The notes below the pieces were generated by a model, which saw nothing but the letters and a program-made list of their open reading frames with translations, searched no databases and had not been told where the DNA came from. Below, one piece after another: positions 10,058 to 18,119 of a stretch of DNA of 64,000 bases. A program made the translations under genes and the position numbers. Origin of the DNA: an uncultured bacterium (GTDB lineage Bacteria; Hydrothermota; Tepidihabitantia; Tepidihabitantales; DTDR01). The stretch spans positions 1,102-65,101 of the forward strand of contig CAZDHW010000009.1 in assembly GCA_964505415.1 (NCBI GenBank). Reading direction: 5' to 3'. The number at the start of each line of letters is the position of its first letter. Position 1 is the stretch's first letter.

Positions 10058-11102
10058 TATTCAAATCGTAAAAGACCGCCTTTTGTCCCGGAGTGATTGC
10101 CCATTGCGGAGAAGTAAATTCGCAAAGTAAAAGGTCATCTTTAAAAGAACTTATCTTTATTTCGCTCGGTGTATGGACATTTCTTATTTGACATAAAAAT
10201 TTTTTACCTTCAAAATCTTTTATCTTTAAAACCTCTTTTTTGACTAAAAATTTTTTCTTATAAACTAATGCTTCTTTCCCAACATAAATGGCATTCTTTT
10301 CTTTATCAATCTTTACCACATAAAGTCTTTCTTGGTAAGGAATTTTCAAACCCCGCCGCTGACCAATTGTGTAATAAAAAAGACCTTTATGAGTTCCTAA
10401 GAGGGTTATTTTGCCATCTTCTATTAAATAGATAGGACCTTCTTTCTTTAAATCGGGTTTATCCAAAATCTTTAAAATAAAATCGCCATATTTCTTTTCG
10501 GGAATAAAACAGATTTCTTGACTCTTTTTCTTTTCGGCAACGGGCAAAGAAATCTTTTTAGCAATTTCTCTCACTTCCCTTTTACTTTTTTCTCCCAAAG
10601 GAAATATCGTCTTTTCTAAAATTTCGTTAGTCAAAGAATAAAGAAAATAGGTTTGGTCATCTTCTTTACTTTTTGCTCTTTTTAAAAAATAGTCTTCACC
10701 AATTTTTACAATTTGGGCATAATGACCGGTAGCAATAAATTGGGCGGAAACTTTTTTAGCGAAATCTAAAAGAAAAGGAAATTTAAAATACCGATTACAT
10801 TCACAGCAAGGGTTAGGAGTAAAACCGGAAAGATAATTTTTAATAAAATCTTGGATAATTAGTTCGTAAAATTTTTCTCGGAGGTCTAAGAGATAATGGG
10901 GAATCTTTAATTTTTCCGCGGAAATTTGGGCATCCCTAATGGCGTAATAGCCACAACAGATTTTTTCATTTTTGATTAAAGAATACTTATCCCAAATTTG
11001 AAAGGTGACACCAATTACGGAATAGCCCGCCTCTTTTAAAAGATAAGCAGCGGTTGTTGAGTCGACACCGCCGCTCATCGCCACCACTACCTTCTTTTCC
11101 AT
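9999..11102 (-). CDS. mnmA: tRNA 2-thiouridine(34) synthase MnmA
   Basis: PP-loop VVVAMSGGVDSTTAAYLL. Catalytic Cys pattern. C-terminal beta-barrel consistent with MnmA. Confidence 0.85.
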   Translation of the reverse strand: MEKKVVVAMSGGVDSTTAAYLLKEAGYSVIGVTFQIWDKYSLIKNEKICCGYYAIRDAQISAEKLKIPHYLLDLREKFYELIIQDFIKNYLSGFTPNPCCECNRYFKFPFLLDFAKKVSAQFIATGHYAQIVKIGEDYFLKRAKSKEDDQTYFLYSLTNEILEKTIFPLGEKSKREVREIAKKISLPVAEKKKSQEICFIPEKKYGDFILKILDKPDLKKEGPIYLIEDGKITLLGTHKGLFYYTIGQRRGLKIPYQERLYVVKIDKEKNAIYVGKEALVYKKKFLVKKEVLKIKDFEGKKFLCQIRNVHTPSEIKISSFKDDLLLCEFTSPQWAITPGQKAVFYDLNNEIVFGGGTIWEVLDSDEN

Positions 11103-11341
11103 TTTTTAATGCGCAGGGATGCGTGAACCTTACTAACCACATCTTCCGGCAATTCATAGTGGGCTAAACTTCTTAACTCATAAATTATTCGCCTTATGGT
11201 TCTGATTAACCTTGTGCATTCGCGACAAACGAGACGGTGTTTTTCCAATTCAATTAAAATTTCGGAAGGCAAATCTTCATCTAAATATTCAACTAAATAT
11301 TTTTTAAAAACCTCACAATTATATTCTATTTTTTTTCTCAT
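11087..11341 (-). CDS. Zinc-binding anti-sigma factor (ZAS, zf-HC2; soluble RsrA/ChrR-like)
   Basis: 84 aa with no TM segment. C-x23-H-x3-C-x2-C (NCEV...EKHRLVCRECT) ZAS motif. 4-bp overlap with the ECF sigma gene. Confidence 0.6.
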   Translation of the reverse strand: MRKKIEYNCEVFKKYLVEYLDEDLPSEILIELEKHRLVCRECTRLIRTIRRIIYELRSLAHYELPEDVVSKVHASLRIKKWKRR

Positions 11342-11952
11342 GTTTTTATTAAATGTTTAAGTTTTTCTCGCAAAAATAGTCTTCCCCGATGGAGTCGTGA
11401 TTTAACCGCCGAAACGGAAATCTTCAAAATATCGGCCACTTCCTTATTGGAAAGTCCTTCAACATCTCTTAAAAAAACCACCGAACGGTAAGCTTCCGGA
11501 AGTTCGGCCAAAGCCTTTTGGACAGTTTCTTGTATCTGTTTTCGCTCGTAAATAACTTCTGGGTTTTGAGTCTCATCAGGAATTTCTTGGGGAATCTCTT
11601 CGTGTTGGGGAATTCCTTCATCTAAAGAAACAACTTTATTTTCTTTTGCCCGTTTTTTTAACTTTCTTAAAGCAACATTGACGGCAATCCGATAAAGCCA
11701 AGTATAAAAACTTGACCTTTCTTCAAACTTCTTTAAAAACCGATAGGCCCGAATTAAGGTCTCTTGTAAAACTTCTGCGGCATCTTCTTCATTATTTAAA
11801 AACCGATAAGCTAAATTATAAATCTTTTTTTCATAGCGACTGATTAACATCTCAAAGGCTTCATCATTCCCTTCCTTTGCCCGTTTTATCAGTTCGCTTT
11901 CGGTTAACGGTAAGGATTTAAGTTCTTCTTTGGGTTTAATTAAACTCTTCAT
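11338..11952 (-). CDS. ECF-type RNA polymerase sigma factor (sigma-24/RpoE-like)
   Basis: Region 2 (YNLAYRFLNNEEDAAEVLQETLIRAY...FYTWLYRIAVN) and region 4 (EAYRSVVFLRDVEGLSNKEVADILKISVSAVKSRL) signatures. Confidence 0.85.
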   Translation of the reverse strand: MKSLIKPKEELKSLPLTESELIKRAKEGNDEAFEMLISRYEKKIYNLAYRFLNNEEDAAEVLQETLIRAYRFLKKFEERSSFYTWLYRIAVNVALRKLKKRAKENKVVSLDEGIPQHEEIPQEIPDETQNPEVIYERKQIQETVQKALAELPEAYRSVVFLRDVEGLSNKEVADILKISVSAVKSRLHRGRLFLREKLKHLIKT

Positions 11953-12753
11953 CTACTTTATTTTTTTGCCTTTACCTTTCCCGGGAGTATTGTCAAAGAT
12001 TTCAATAACATAATAAATAACGGCTATTGATTTCCTTGGCGACTCGCCGTGAAAATAATCGTGAATAAGATTGGCATACTCCCAGACATCTTTTTCATAC
12101 TCAGTAAGATAAGGATTATTGGGATGTAAAAGGTGGGCTAAACATTTTATCTTATAAGAAGGAATATCTAAAAAGACAATCGCACAAGCGGGGTTAACCA
12201 TTTGGTTAAGAAAGGTTTGGGTATAAAAATTTTTATCGGTATAAAGTTCTAAAGAAATCTGTCTTGTTAAATCAAAAACTTCTTTACCATTTTTGTATAA
12301 ACTCTCCAAAATGCTTACTTTTTTTTCAAAAGAATCGTTAAAAGTTGTTTTTAAAAGATTAATAACTTCTTTTATCTTCTCTTTTTTGGGCAAAAACCCC
12401 ATCCCTTTTACCGCCACATTTATTTTAAATCGGGAATCTTCCCTTTGGGCACCATAAGTAGCTACCATTCCGTTATGAGGTCCAGCCCAATCAGGTGCCT
12501 CTTTTTTCTTTATCTTCTCAATCATCAATAATCTTCTTTGAAAGTTCCATTCCAAAAACTCTTCGGGTAATTCTATTAATTTAAAATCTTGCCAGCGACC
12601 ATCAACTTTCGCCCGAATAACTCCTTTTTCAATGTCTTTAGTATCGATCGTATTTTGAATAAAATAATCCTTATTTTGGTAAAAATCGTATTTTTTATAA
12701 GCTTTTAAAATTAAAGGAGTAAAAAGAAGTATGAATAAAAAAAGCTCTTTCAT
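11953..12753 (-). CDS. Hypothetical secreted protein (signal peptide), co-operonic with ECF sigma module
   Basis: Hydrophobic N-terminus MKELFLFILLFTPLILKA. No recognisable motif. Sits between rseC-like and ECF sigma genes with 0 to 4 bp spacing. Confidence 0.4.
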   Translation of the reverse strand: MKELFLFILLFTPLILKAYKKYDFYQNKDYFIQNTIDTKDIEKGVIRAKVDGRWQDFKLIELPEEFLEWNFQRRLLMIEKIKKKEAPDWAGPHNGMVATYGAQREDSRFKINVAVKGMGFLPKKEKIKEVINLLKTTFNDSFEKKVSILESLYKNGKEVFDLTRQISLELYTDKNFYTQTFLNQMVNPACAIVFLDIPSYKIKCLAHLLHPNNPYLTEYEKDVWEYANLIHDYFHGESPRKSIAVIYYVIEIFDNTPGKGKGKKIK

Positions 12754-13175
12754 TTTTCCTCCTTAATTATCTCTTTTATTTTTGGCAAATACTCTTCTTT
12801 TTTTAATAAAGACTTTTGGAAAAGTTTTAAACTTAATAGGGTTAAAATAAGAAAGGAAAAAGTTAATAAAAGGGCATAGGCTTCTTTTTTAAAAAAGAAA
12901 AAGCCAAAAAGCAGCCCCAAAAATATTCCTAAAATTGGTAGCCCAAAAAGAAAAAGAAAGATAACACTTCTTTTTTGGGGAAAGTCAATCGCCACCAAAT
13001 CACCAATCTGGGCGTTTACCGAATTTACAACCTCCAATTCCCTTTCTTCATTTTTGGCAAAGAGACCACAACCGCCCTTTTGACCGCAGCCGCTGCATTG
13101 GGGATTAATTTTAATCTTCACAATCGCCCTTTTATCTTTTAATTCCTTTACATAGCCATAAAAACATTCCATCAA
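12750..13175 (-). CDS. rseC: RseC/MucC family sigma-E regulatory protein (SoxR-reducing-system RseC family)
   Basis: N-terminal CSGCGQKGGCG, compare E. coli RseC CSSCASRAGCG. Followed by two TM helices. 141 aa. Confidence 0.65.
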   Translation of the reverse strand: MMECFYGYVKELKDKRAIVKIKINPQCSGCGQKGGCGLFAKNEERELEVVNSVNAQIGDLVAIDFPQKRSVIFLFLFGLPILGIFLGLLFGFFFFKKEAYALLLTFSFLILTLLSLKLFQKSLLKKEEYLPKIKEIIKEEK

Positions 13176-13259
13176 ATAATTTTAATAATTGGCAATATTT
13201 AAATCAAGAATTATCAACCAATTACTTGATTTTTTTAATTTTCTTTATAGCATAAAAGT

Positions 13260-13880
13260 ATGGCTTTACTTTTATTCAAAGCCCTTTTATTGGGATTGGC
13301 TACTGGCTATTTCTGTCTTGGCTATTGTCTACCAACAATTTTGCCTTATTTTTTATCAACCGACAACTTTAAAAAAAACTTAAAAAATCTTTTGTTTTTT
13401 CTTTTCGGTAGGCTTTTTGGTTATCTCTCTTTTGGTTTCTTCTTTGCCCTTTTGGGAAAATCTTTGGTAAAATTATCAACTTTTCATAATCTGATTTTGC
13501 CTCTTCTTTATATCTGTTTATCAATTTTACTTTTTTTATATGGCTTTTTCCTCTCTTTTCCCCATTTTTCCCTTTGCCAAATTTTTAAAAATAAATTAAC
13601 CCTAAACCTTTCACTTTTTTTCATTGGTTTAATTATGGGAATAAATATCTGCCCACCTTTCTTAATTTCTATTCTCAATGTGATCGAAACGGCTGACATC
13701 TTAAAAGGTCTTCTATATTTCTTTTTCTTTTTCTTAGCAACTACCATTTATTTCTTTCCTTTTGCTTTTCTTTCTTTTTTAACGCAATACAAAATAACCA
13801 AAATTATTGGCAAAATAAGTGCCTTTCTTGCCGGGGGTTATTTTCTCTATCAAGGAATATTGACATTTATTTATCGTTAA
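13260..13880 (+). CDS. CcdA/DsbD-family thiol:disulfide transporter-like membrane protein
   Basis: Helix-1 motif FCLGYCLPTILPYFLS resembles CcdA SPCvLPllPaYLS. Second Cys-Pro motif NICPPFLISIL. About 6 TM helices. Confidence 0.5.
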   Translation: MALLLFKALLLGLATGYFCLGYCLPTILPYFLSTDNFKKNLKNLLFFLFGRLFGYLSFGFFFALLGKSLVKLSTFHNLILPLLYICLSILLFLYGFFLSFPHFSLCQIFKNKLTLNLSLFFIGLIMGINICPPFLISILNVIETADILKGLLYFFFFFLATTIYFFPFAFLSFLTQYKITKIIGKISAFLAGGYFLYQGILTFIYR

Positions 13881-13888
13881 GATATAAT
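13860..13888 (+). promoter_or_regulatory. Consensus sigma70 promoter TTGACA-17-TATAAT for selD
   Basis: TTGACA 13860-13865, 17-nt spacer, TATAAT 13883-13888. Predicted TSS at 13895/13896, i.e. at the selD ATG. Lies in the last codons of the CcdA-like gene. Confidence 0.45.
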
Positions 13889-13895
13889 TTGGGTT

Positions 13896-14942
13896 ATGAA
13901 TAAAGAAATAAGAAATCTGTTAGACACTATCCTTTGTCCGGGTTGAGCTTCAAAATTTAATCAGACGCAGTTAGCGTCGGTTTTGAGCAAATTGCCCCGG
14001 ATAAAGGATAAAAGAATACTTGTTGGTTTTAATACCGCCGACGATGCCGGTGTTTTTCAAATTAGTAAAAATAAGGCAATTGTTCAAACGGTGGATGTCT
14101 TTGCTCCGACTATTGATGACCCCTATCTTTTTGGCGAGATTGCGGCTTGTAATTCTTTAAGTGACATTTATGCTATGGGTGGTAAACCTTTATTAGCAAT
14201 GAATGTTGTTGGTTTTCACCCGAAATATCCCTTAGATTGGTTTAGTAAAATGCTTTTGGGCGCTTTTAAAAAGACAAAAGAAGCAAAGACCTTTATTGTC
14301 GGCGGTCATACTTTTGTTTCCGAACAGGTAATGTTCGGTTTAGCGGTAACTGGTTTTATCAATCCTAAAAAGATTATCACTAATGCTAAAGCGCGTCCAA
14401 ATGATTATTTGGTTTTAACTAAACCATTAGGGGTAGAAATCTTTTCTTATGCCCTATTAAAAAAGCTTGATATTCCTAATAAATTATATAAAGAAGCAGT
14501 GAAGTCAATGACCACCCTCAATGATAAGGCATCAGCAATAATGGTAAAGATTGGCGTTAATGCTGCTACCGATATTACCGGTTTTGGTTTGATTGGTCAT
14601 TTAGCAGAAATGATCAGTGCCAGTAAAGTGGGAGCAGAAATTTACGCTTCTTCTTTACCAGTTTTACCAGAAGTTCTTTCTTTGATTAAAAATGGGGTGA
14701 TTGGTGCCGGTTACGGAATGAATTACGCATCTTTTGCTAATCAGGTAATTTTTGAAAAAGATGTTAGTGAAGAATATCAGATATTAGTATTTAGTTCGGA
14801 AACTTCTGGTGGGCTTTTAATCTCTGTACCCGAAAAAAAATTGGCAAAATTACAAAAAGAATTAAAAAGGAATAGAATTATTAGTAAAGTAATCGGTAGA
14901 ATTGTTAAAGACCATCCTGCTACTATTATTGTTAGAAAGTAG
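13896..14942 (+). CDS. selD: Selenide, water dikinase (selenophosphate synthetase) SelD, selenocysteine-containing (UGA at codon 17)
   Basis: ORF track starts at internal TTG 13983. Reading upstream in frame gives ATG 13896 and MNKEIRNLLDTILCPG-U-ASK with TGA at 13944-13946. This aligns with E. coli MSENSIRLTQYSHGAG-C17-GCK. Downstream DDAGV, NSLSDIYAMGGKP and GGHT motifs confirm SelD. Confidence 0.8.
13947..13988 (+). promoter_or_regulatory. Putative bacterial SECIS hairpin immediately 3' of the selD UGA
   Basis: Outer stem GC(T)TCAAAA / TTTTGAGC. Inner stem GACGC / GCGTC with apical loop AGTTA at 13969-13973. Begins at +1 after the UGA, the expected bacterial SECIS position. Confidence 0.45.
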
Positions 14943-15948
14943 TTTAAAAGAGGCTTTATTTTATAAAAAATTAGAAAATAACCAGGTTCAGTGTCAATTA
15001 TGTTTTCGGCAATGTGTTATTTTAGAAAATAAAAGGGGATTTTGCCGGGTAAGGGAAAATAGAAAAGGAAAACTTTATAGTTTAGTTTATAACCATCCGC
15101 AAGCAATCCAAATCGACCCCATTGAAAAAGAACCGTTGTACCATTTTCTTCCCGGGACCGAAATCTTGGGCATCGGTACTGTTGGTTGTAATTTTGTTTG
15201 CCACCATTGCCATAATTGGCATCTTTCCCAAGCAACTTTTAAAAAAGAAGAGAGCTATTTCATCACGCCCAAAGAGATTATTGAAATGGCAAAAAGAAAA
15301 AATATAAAAACTATCTCTTTTACTTATAACGAACCAACAGTTTTTTATGAATATATTTTAGCTATTGCCCAAGAGGCCAAAAAGAATAATATCAATATTA
15401 TCTGGCATTCTAACGGTGCTATCAATCAAGAACCCCTTTTAGCCCTTTTAGAATATACCGATGGCGTAACAATTGATTTCAAAGGTATTACTAACGAAAT
15501 CTTAGCCAAAATGTCGCAGGCGAAAGTTGATAATACTTTAAAAACTTTAAAAACCATTAAGGAAAAGGGAAAATGGTTAGAAATTGTTAATCTTATTATT
15601 CCGACAATAAATGATAGTGAAGAAGATATAAGAAAATTATGTTTATGGATAAAAGAAAATTTAGGAACTGACATCCCTCTCCACTTTACCCGCTATTTTC
15701 CTAATTATAAATTAACCATACCTCCAACCCCCATTTCCACTTTAGAAAAAGCCTATAAGATTGCTAAGGAGGTGGGCTTGAAATATGTTTATCTTGGTAA
15801 TGTTCCTGGTCATAAATATAATTCCACTTATTGCCCCAAATGTAACAAAAGATTAATCCAGAGATTCCATTTTACTATTTTAGAAAACAAGATTAAAAAT
15901 GGTAAATGTCCTTTCTGCCAAGAAAAAATTCCTGGTAGATGGCAATAA
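14929..15948 (+). CDS. AmmeMemoRadiSam-system-type radical SAM enzyme, copy 2 (paralog of 3251-4276)
   Basis: CQLCFRQC...GFCRVRENRKGKLY, radical SAM CNFVCHHCHNW. C-terminal third is nearly identical to copy 1 (PPTPISTLEKAYKIAKEVGLKYVY). ORF track start is TTG 14902; TTG 14929 gives an N-terminus matching copy 1. Either start overlaps the selD end. Confidence 0.7.
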   Translation: MLESSLKEALFYKKLENNQVQCQLCFRQCVILENKRGFCRVRENRKGKLYSLVYNHPQAIQIDPIEKEPLYHFLPGTEILGIGTVGCNFVCHHCHNWHLSQATFKKEESYFITPKEIIEMAKRKNIKTISFTYNEPTVFYEYILAIAQEAKKNNINIIWHSNGAINQEPLLALLEYTDGVTIDFKGITNEILAKMSQAKVDNTLKTLKTIKEKGKWLEIVNLIIPTINDSEEDIRKLCLWIKENLGTDIPLHFTRYFPNYKLTIPPTPISTLEKAYKIAKEVGLKYVYLGNVPGHKYNSTYCPKCNKRLIQRFHFTILENKIKNGKCPFCQEKIPGRWQ

Positions 15949-18119
15949 CTAAAAAATTATTTCTCTTTATCTTTATTACCGGCTTTTCCGGTATTGTCGC
16001 CCAATTACTTTTCCTTAGAGAAATGCTCGTTATCTATTACGGCAACGAATTTACTTTGGGAATAATCTTGGCAAACTGGCTAATTAGTGAAGCCCTTGGT
16101 AGTTTTTATTTGGGAAGAAGGATAAAAAGTTATAATCTTTTAATAATTATCTTTATCTTCTCCCTTTTTTTCTCCTTTATTATTTTGAGGAATATCAAAA
16201 ATATTTTAAACTTACCCTTTGGTCAGGTTATTCCCCTCCACCTTATTTTTTTATCATCTTTTTTTATTCTCCTGCCGATAAGTATTTCCCATGGTGCCTT
16301 ATTTACCAATTTTGCTTCCCATCTAAGTTCCTTTTTAAAAAAAGGTATTTCTTTAACCTATTTTTACGAAACTCTTGGTACCCTTTTTGGGGGTCTTTTT
16401 TTCACCATTTTTTTGATAAAATATCTTACTCCCTTAAAAATAATCGCCTTAATTATCTTTTTAAATCTTCTTATCCTTTTTCTCTCTTTTAAAAAATACT
16501 GGCAATTATTTCCCTTTCTTTTTTTCTATTTTTTCTTTCTTTTTAACTTAAAAAAAGCTGAAGTGAATACTATTAAAGCTCTTTGGCAAAACCGCAATGT
16601 GATTTATTATCACAATTCAATTTATGGTAATATTACCGTTTTAAAAGATGAAGAACAGTATACCCTTTTTCACAATGGCGTACCAATTATTGTCTCACCC
16701 CTTCCCTTTATCCAATCTTTGCAAGATTTTATCCATCTTCCTTTACTTTTATATCAAAAGATAAATAACAAAAACCTCAAAATCCTTTTTATCAGCGGTG
16801 GGATTGGTGGCAATCTTAATGAGTTAAAAAGATATGAAGATTTGGAGATTGACTATTTGGAAATTGACCCGGAGATTTTTAAAGTCTTAAAAAAGTTAAA
16901 AAGTCCCTTAATTGAAAAGGAGCTTAATATTAAAAAACTAAAGATTTATCATTTAGATGCCCGTTATTTCTTAAGAAAGTTTAACAAAGAATACGATTTG
17001 ATTTATCTTGGCTTAAAAGAGATTTCCGATTTAACCCTTGCCCGTTTATTTACCAAGGAATTTTTCTTACTTTTAAAAAGGCGATTAAAAAAAGATGGCT
17101 TCTTTATCTTCTCTTTGCCTGGTTCTTTAACCTATTTGCCCCAAGAATTAAAATTAATAAATAAAACCCTTTTAAACACCTTAAAAAAAGTTTTTAACTA
17201 TGTTTTAATCATTCCTGGTGATGAATATAACATCTTTATCAGTAGTGATAATGAAATTTTAAATAATGAAAATCTTTTAGCAACTATTGCTGATGGCTTA
17301 AAATATCTAAAAGATAAAAACGATTTGATTATCAATGAAAACTATTTACGATTAAGACTAAAAGAAAATTATTTTCTTTTTCTTTCTCAATCCTTAGCTA
17401 ATATTAAAGGAAAAATAAATACCGATTTCTCTCCCATAGCCCTTTATTATTTTCTTTCTTATTTTAATTCCCATTTTTCCCTTTTCCTTTCCCAATTTTT
17501 TCTTTCCTTAGAAAAAATCCGCTTTTCCTATCTTCTTTTCTTTTTAATAGTCCCTTTTGTTTTTCTCCTTTTAAAAAGAGATAAGAAAAAAGGTCTCGCC
17601 TTTCTTATTTTTACTACCGGCTTCTATTCCCTACTCACTTCTTTAATTATCTCTTTTGCTTTCCAGATTGCTTATGGCTATCTTTATTACCAGATTGGTT
17701 TTTTAACAACTGCTTTAATGGCTGGTTTTGCCTTGGGAAGTTATTTCGGGAAAGAAAGGAAAAATAACTATTTATGGCTAATTATTTTTGAGTTGCTTTT
17801 AATTCTCTTCTCTTTATTTTTACTTTTCCAAATGAAAATCGTCTATCATCTTTCTCCCTTTTATTTTATCTTCTTTTCTTTTCTGGCTGGTTTCCTTGGC
17901 GGTGCGGAATTTCCCCTGGCAAGTGAATTATATGAAGAAGAAGATAAAAGTAAGGTTGCCGGCACTTTATATACTGGTGATTTATTAGGTGGTTTTCTTT
18001 CGGGAATATTAGGTAGCAGTTTTTTAATCCCCCTTTTAGGAATTCAGCAAAGTTTAATATTCCTTATTTTTTTAAAGATAACAAGTGGGCTTATTCTTCT
18101 CTTCAGTCAAAGAGCCTAA
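15939..18119 (+). CDS. Fused polytopic membrane / spermidine synthase-like (SpeE-fold) protein
   Basis: About 200 aa N-terminal and about 250 aa C-terminal TM blocks flank a SpeE-like core (ILFISGGIGGNLNEL...EIDPEI, IYHLDARYFL, YDLIYLGL). 10-bp overlap with the upstream radical SAM gene. Confidence 0.5.
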   Translation: MAITKKLFLFIFITGFSGIVAQLLFLREMLVIYYGNEFTLGIILANWLISEALGSFYLGRRIKSYNLLIIIFIFSLFFSFIILRNIKNILNLPFGQVIPLHLIFLSSFFILLPISISHGALFTNFASHLSSFLKKGISLTYFYETLGTLFGGLFFTIFLIKYLTPLKIIALIIFLNLLILFLSFKKYWQLFPFLFFYFFFLFNLKKAEVNTIKALWQNRNVIYYHNSIYGNITVLKDEEQYTLFHNGVPIIVSPLPFIQSLQDFIHLPLLLYQKINNKNLKILFISGGIGGNLNELKRYEDLEIDYLEIDPEIFKVLKKLKSPLIEKELNIKKLKIYHLDARYFLRKFNKEYDLIYLGLKEISDLTLARLFTKEFFLLLKRRLKKDGFFIFSLPGSLTYLPQELKLINKTLLNTLKKVFNYVLIIPGDEYNIFISSDNEILNNENLLATIADGLKYLKDKNDLIINENYLRLRLKENYFLFLSQSLANIKGKINTDFSPIALYYFLSYFNSHFSLFLSQFFLSLEKIRFSYLLFFLIVPFVFLLLKRDKKKGLAFLIFTTGFYSLLTSLIISFAFQIAYGYLYYQIGFLTTALMAGFALGSYFGKERKNNYLWLIIFELLLILFSLFLLFQMKIVYHLSPFYFIFFSFLAGFLGGAEFPLASELYEEEDKSKVAGTLYTGDLLGGFLSGILGSSFLIPLLGIQQSLIFLIFLKITSGLILLFSQRA

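Noticed and set aside
13189-13383. 64-aa ORF overlapping the start of the CcdA-like gene
   Set aside because: It is in a different frame from the better-supported 206-aa membrane protein, with no motif and no RBS. Likely spurious.
13944-13946. Possibility that the in-frame TGA marks a selD pseudogene or a two-gene split
   Set aside because: The residues on both sides align contiguously with SelD. The TGA is exactly at the Cys/Sec17 column. A suitably placed hairpin follows, and selA is present in the same window. This is consistent with bona fide Sec recoding.
13983-14942. ORF-track version of selD starting at TTG 13983
   Set aside because: It removes the catalytic N-terminal segment. The same frame continues upstream through a TGA to an ATG with the SelD N-terminus, so the TTG start is an artefact of treating the Sec codon as a stop.
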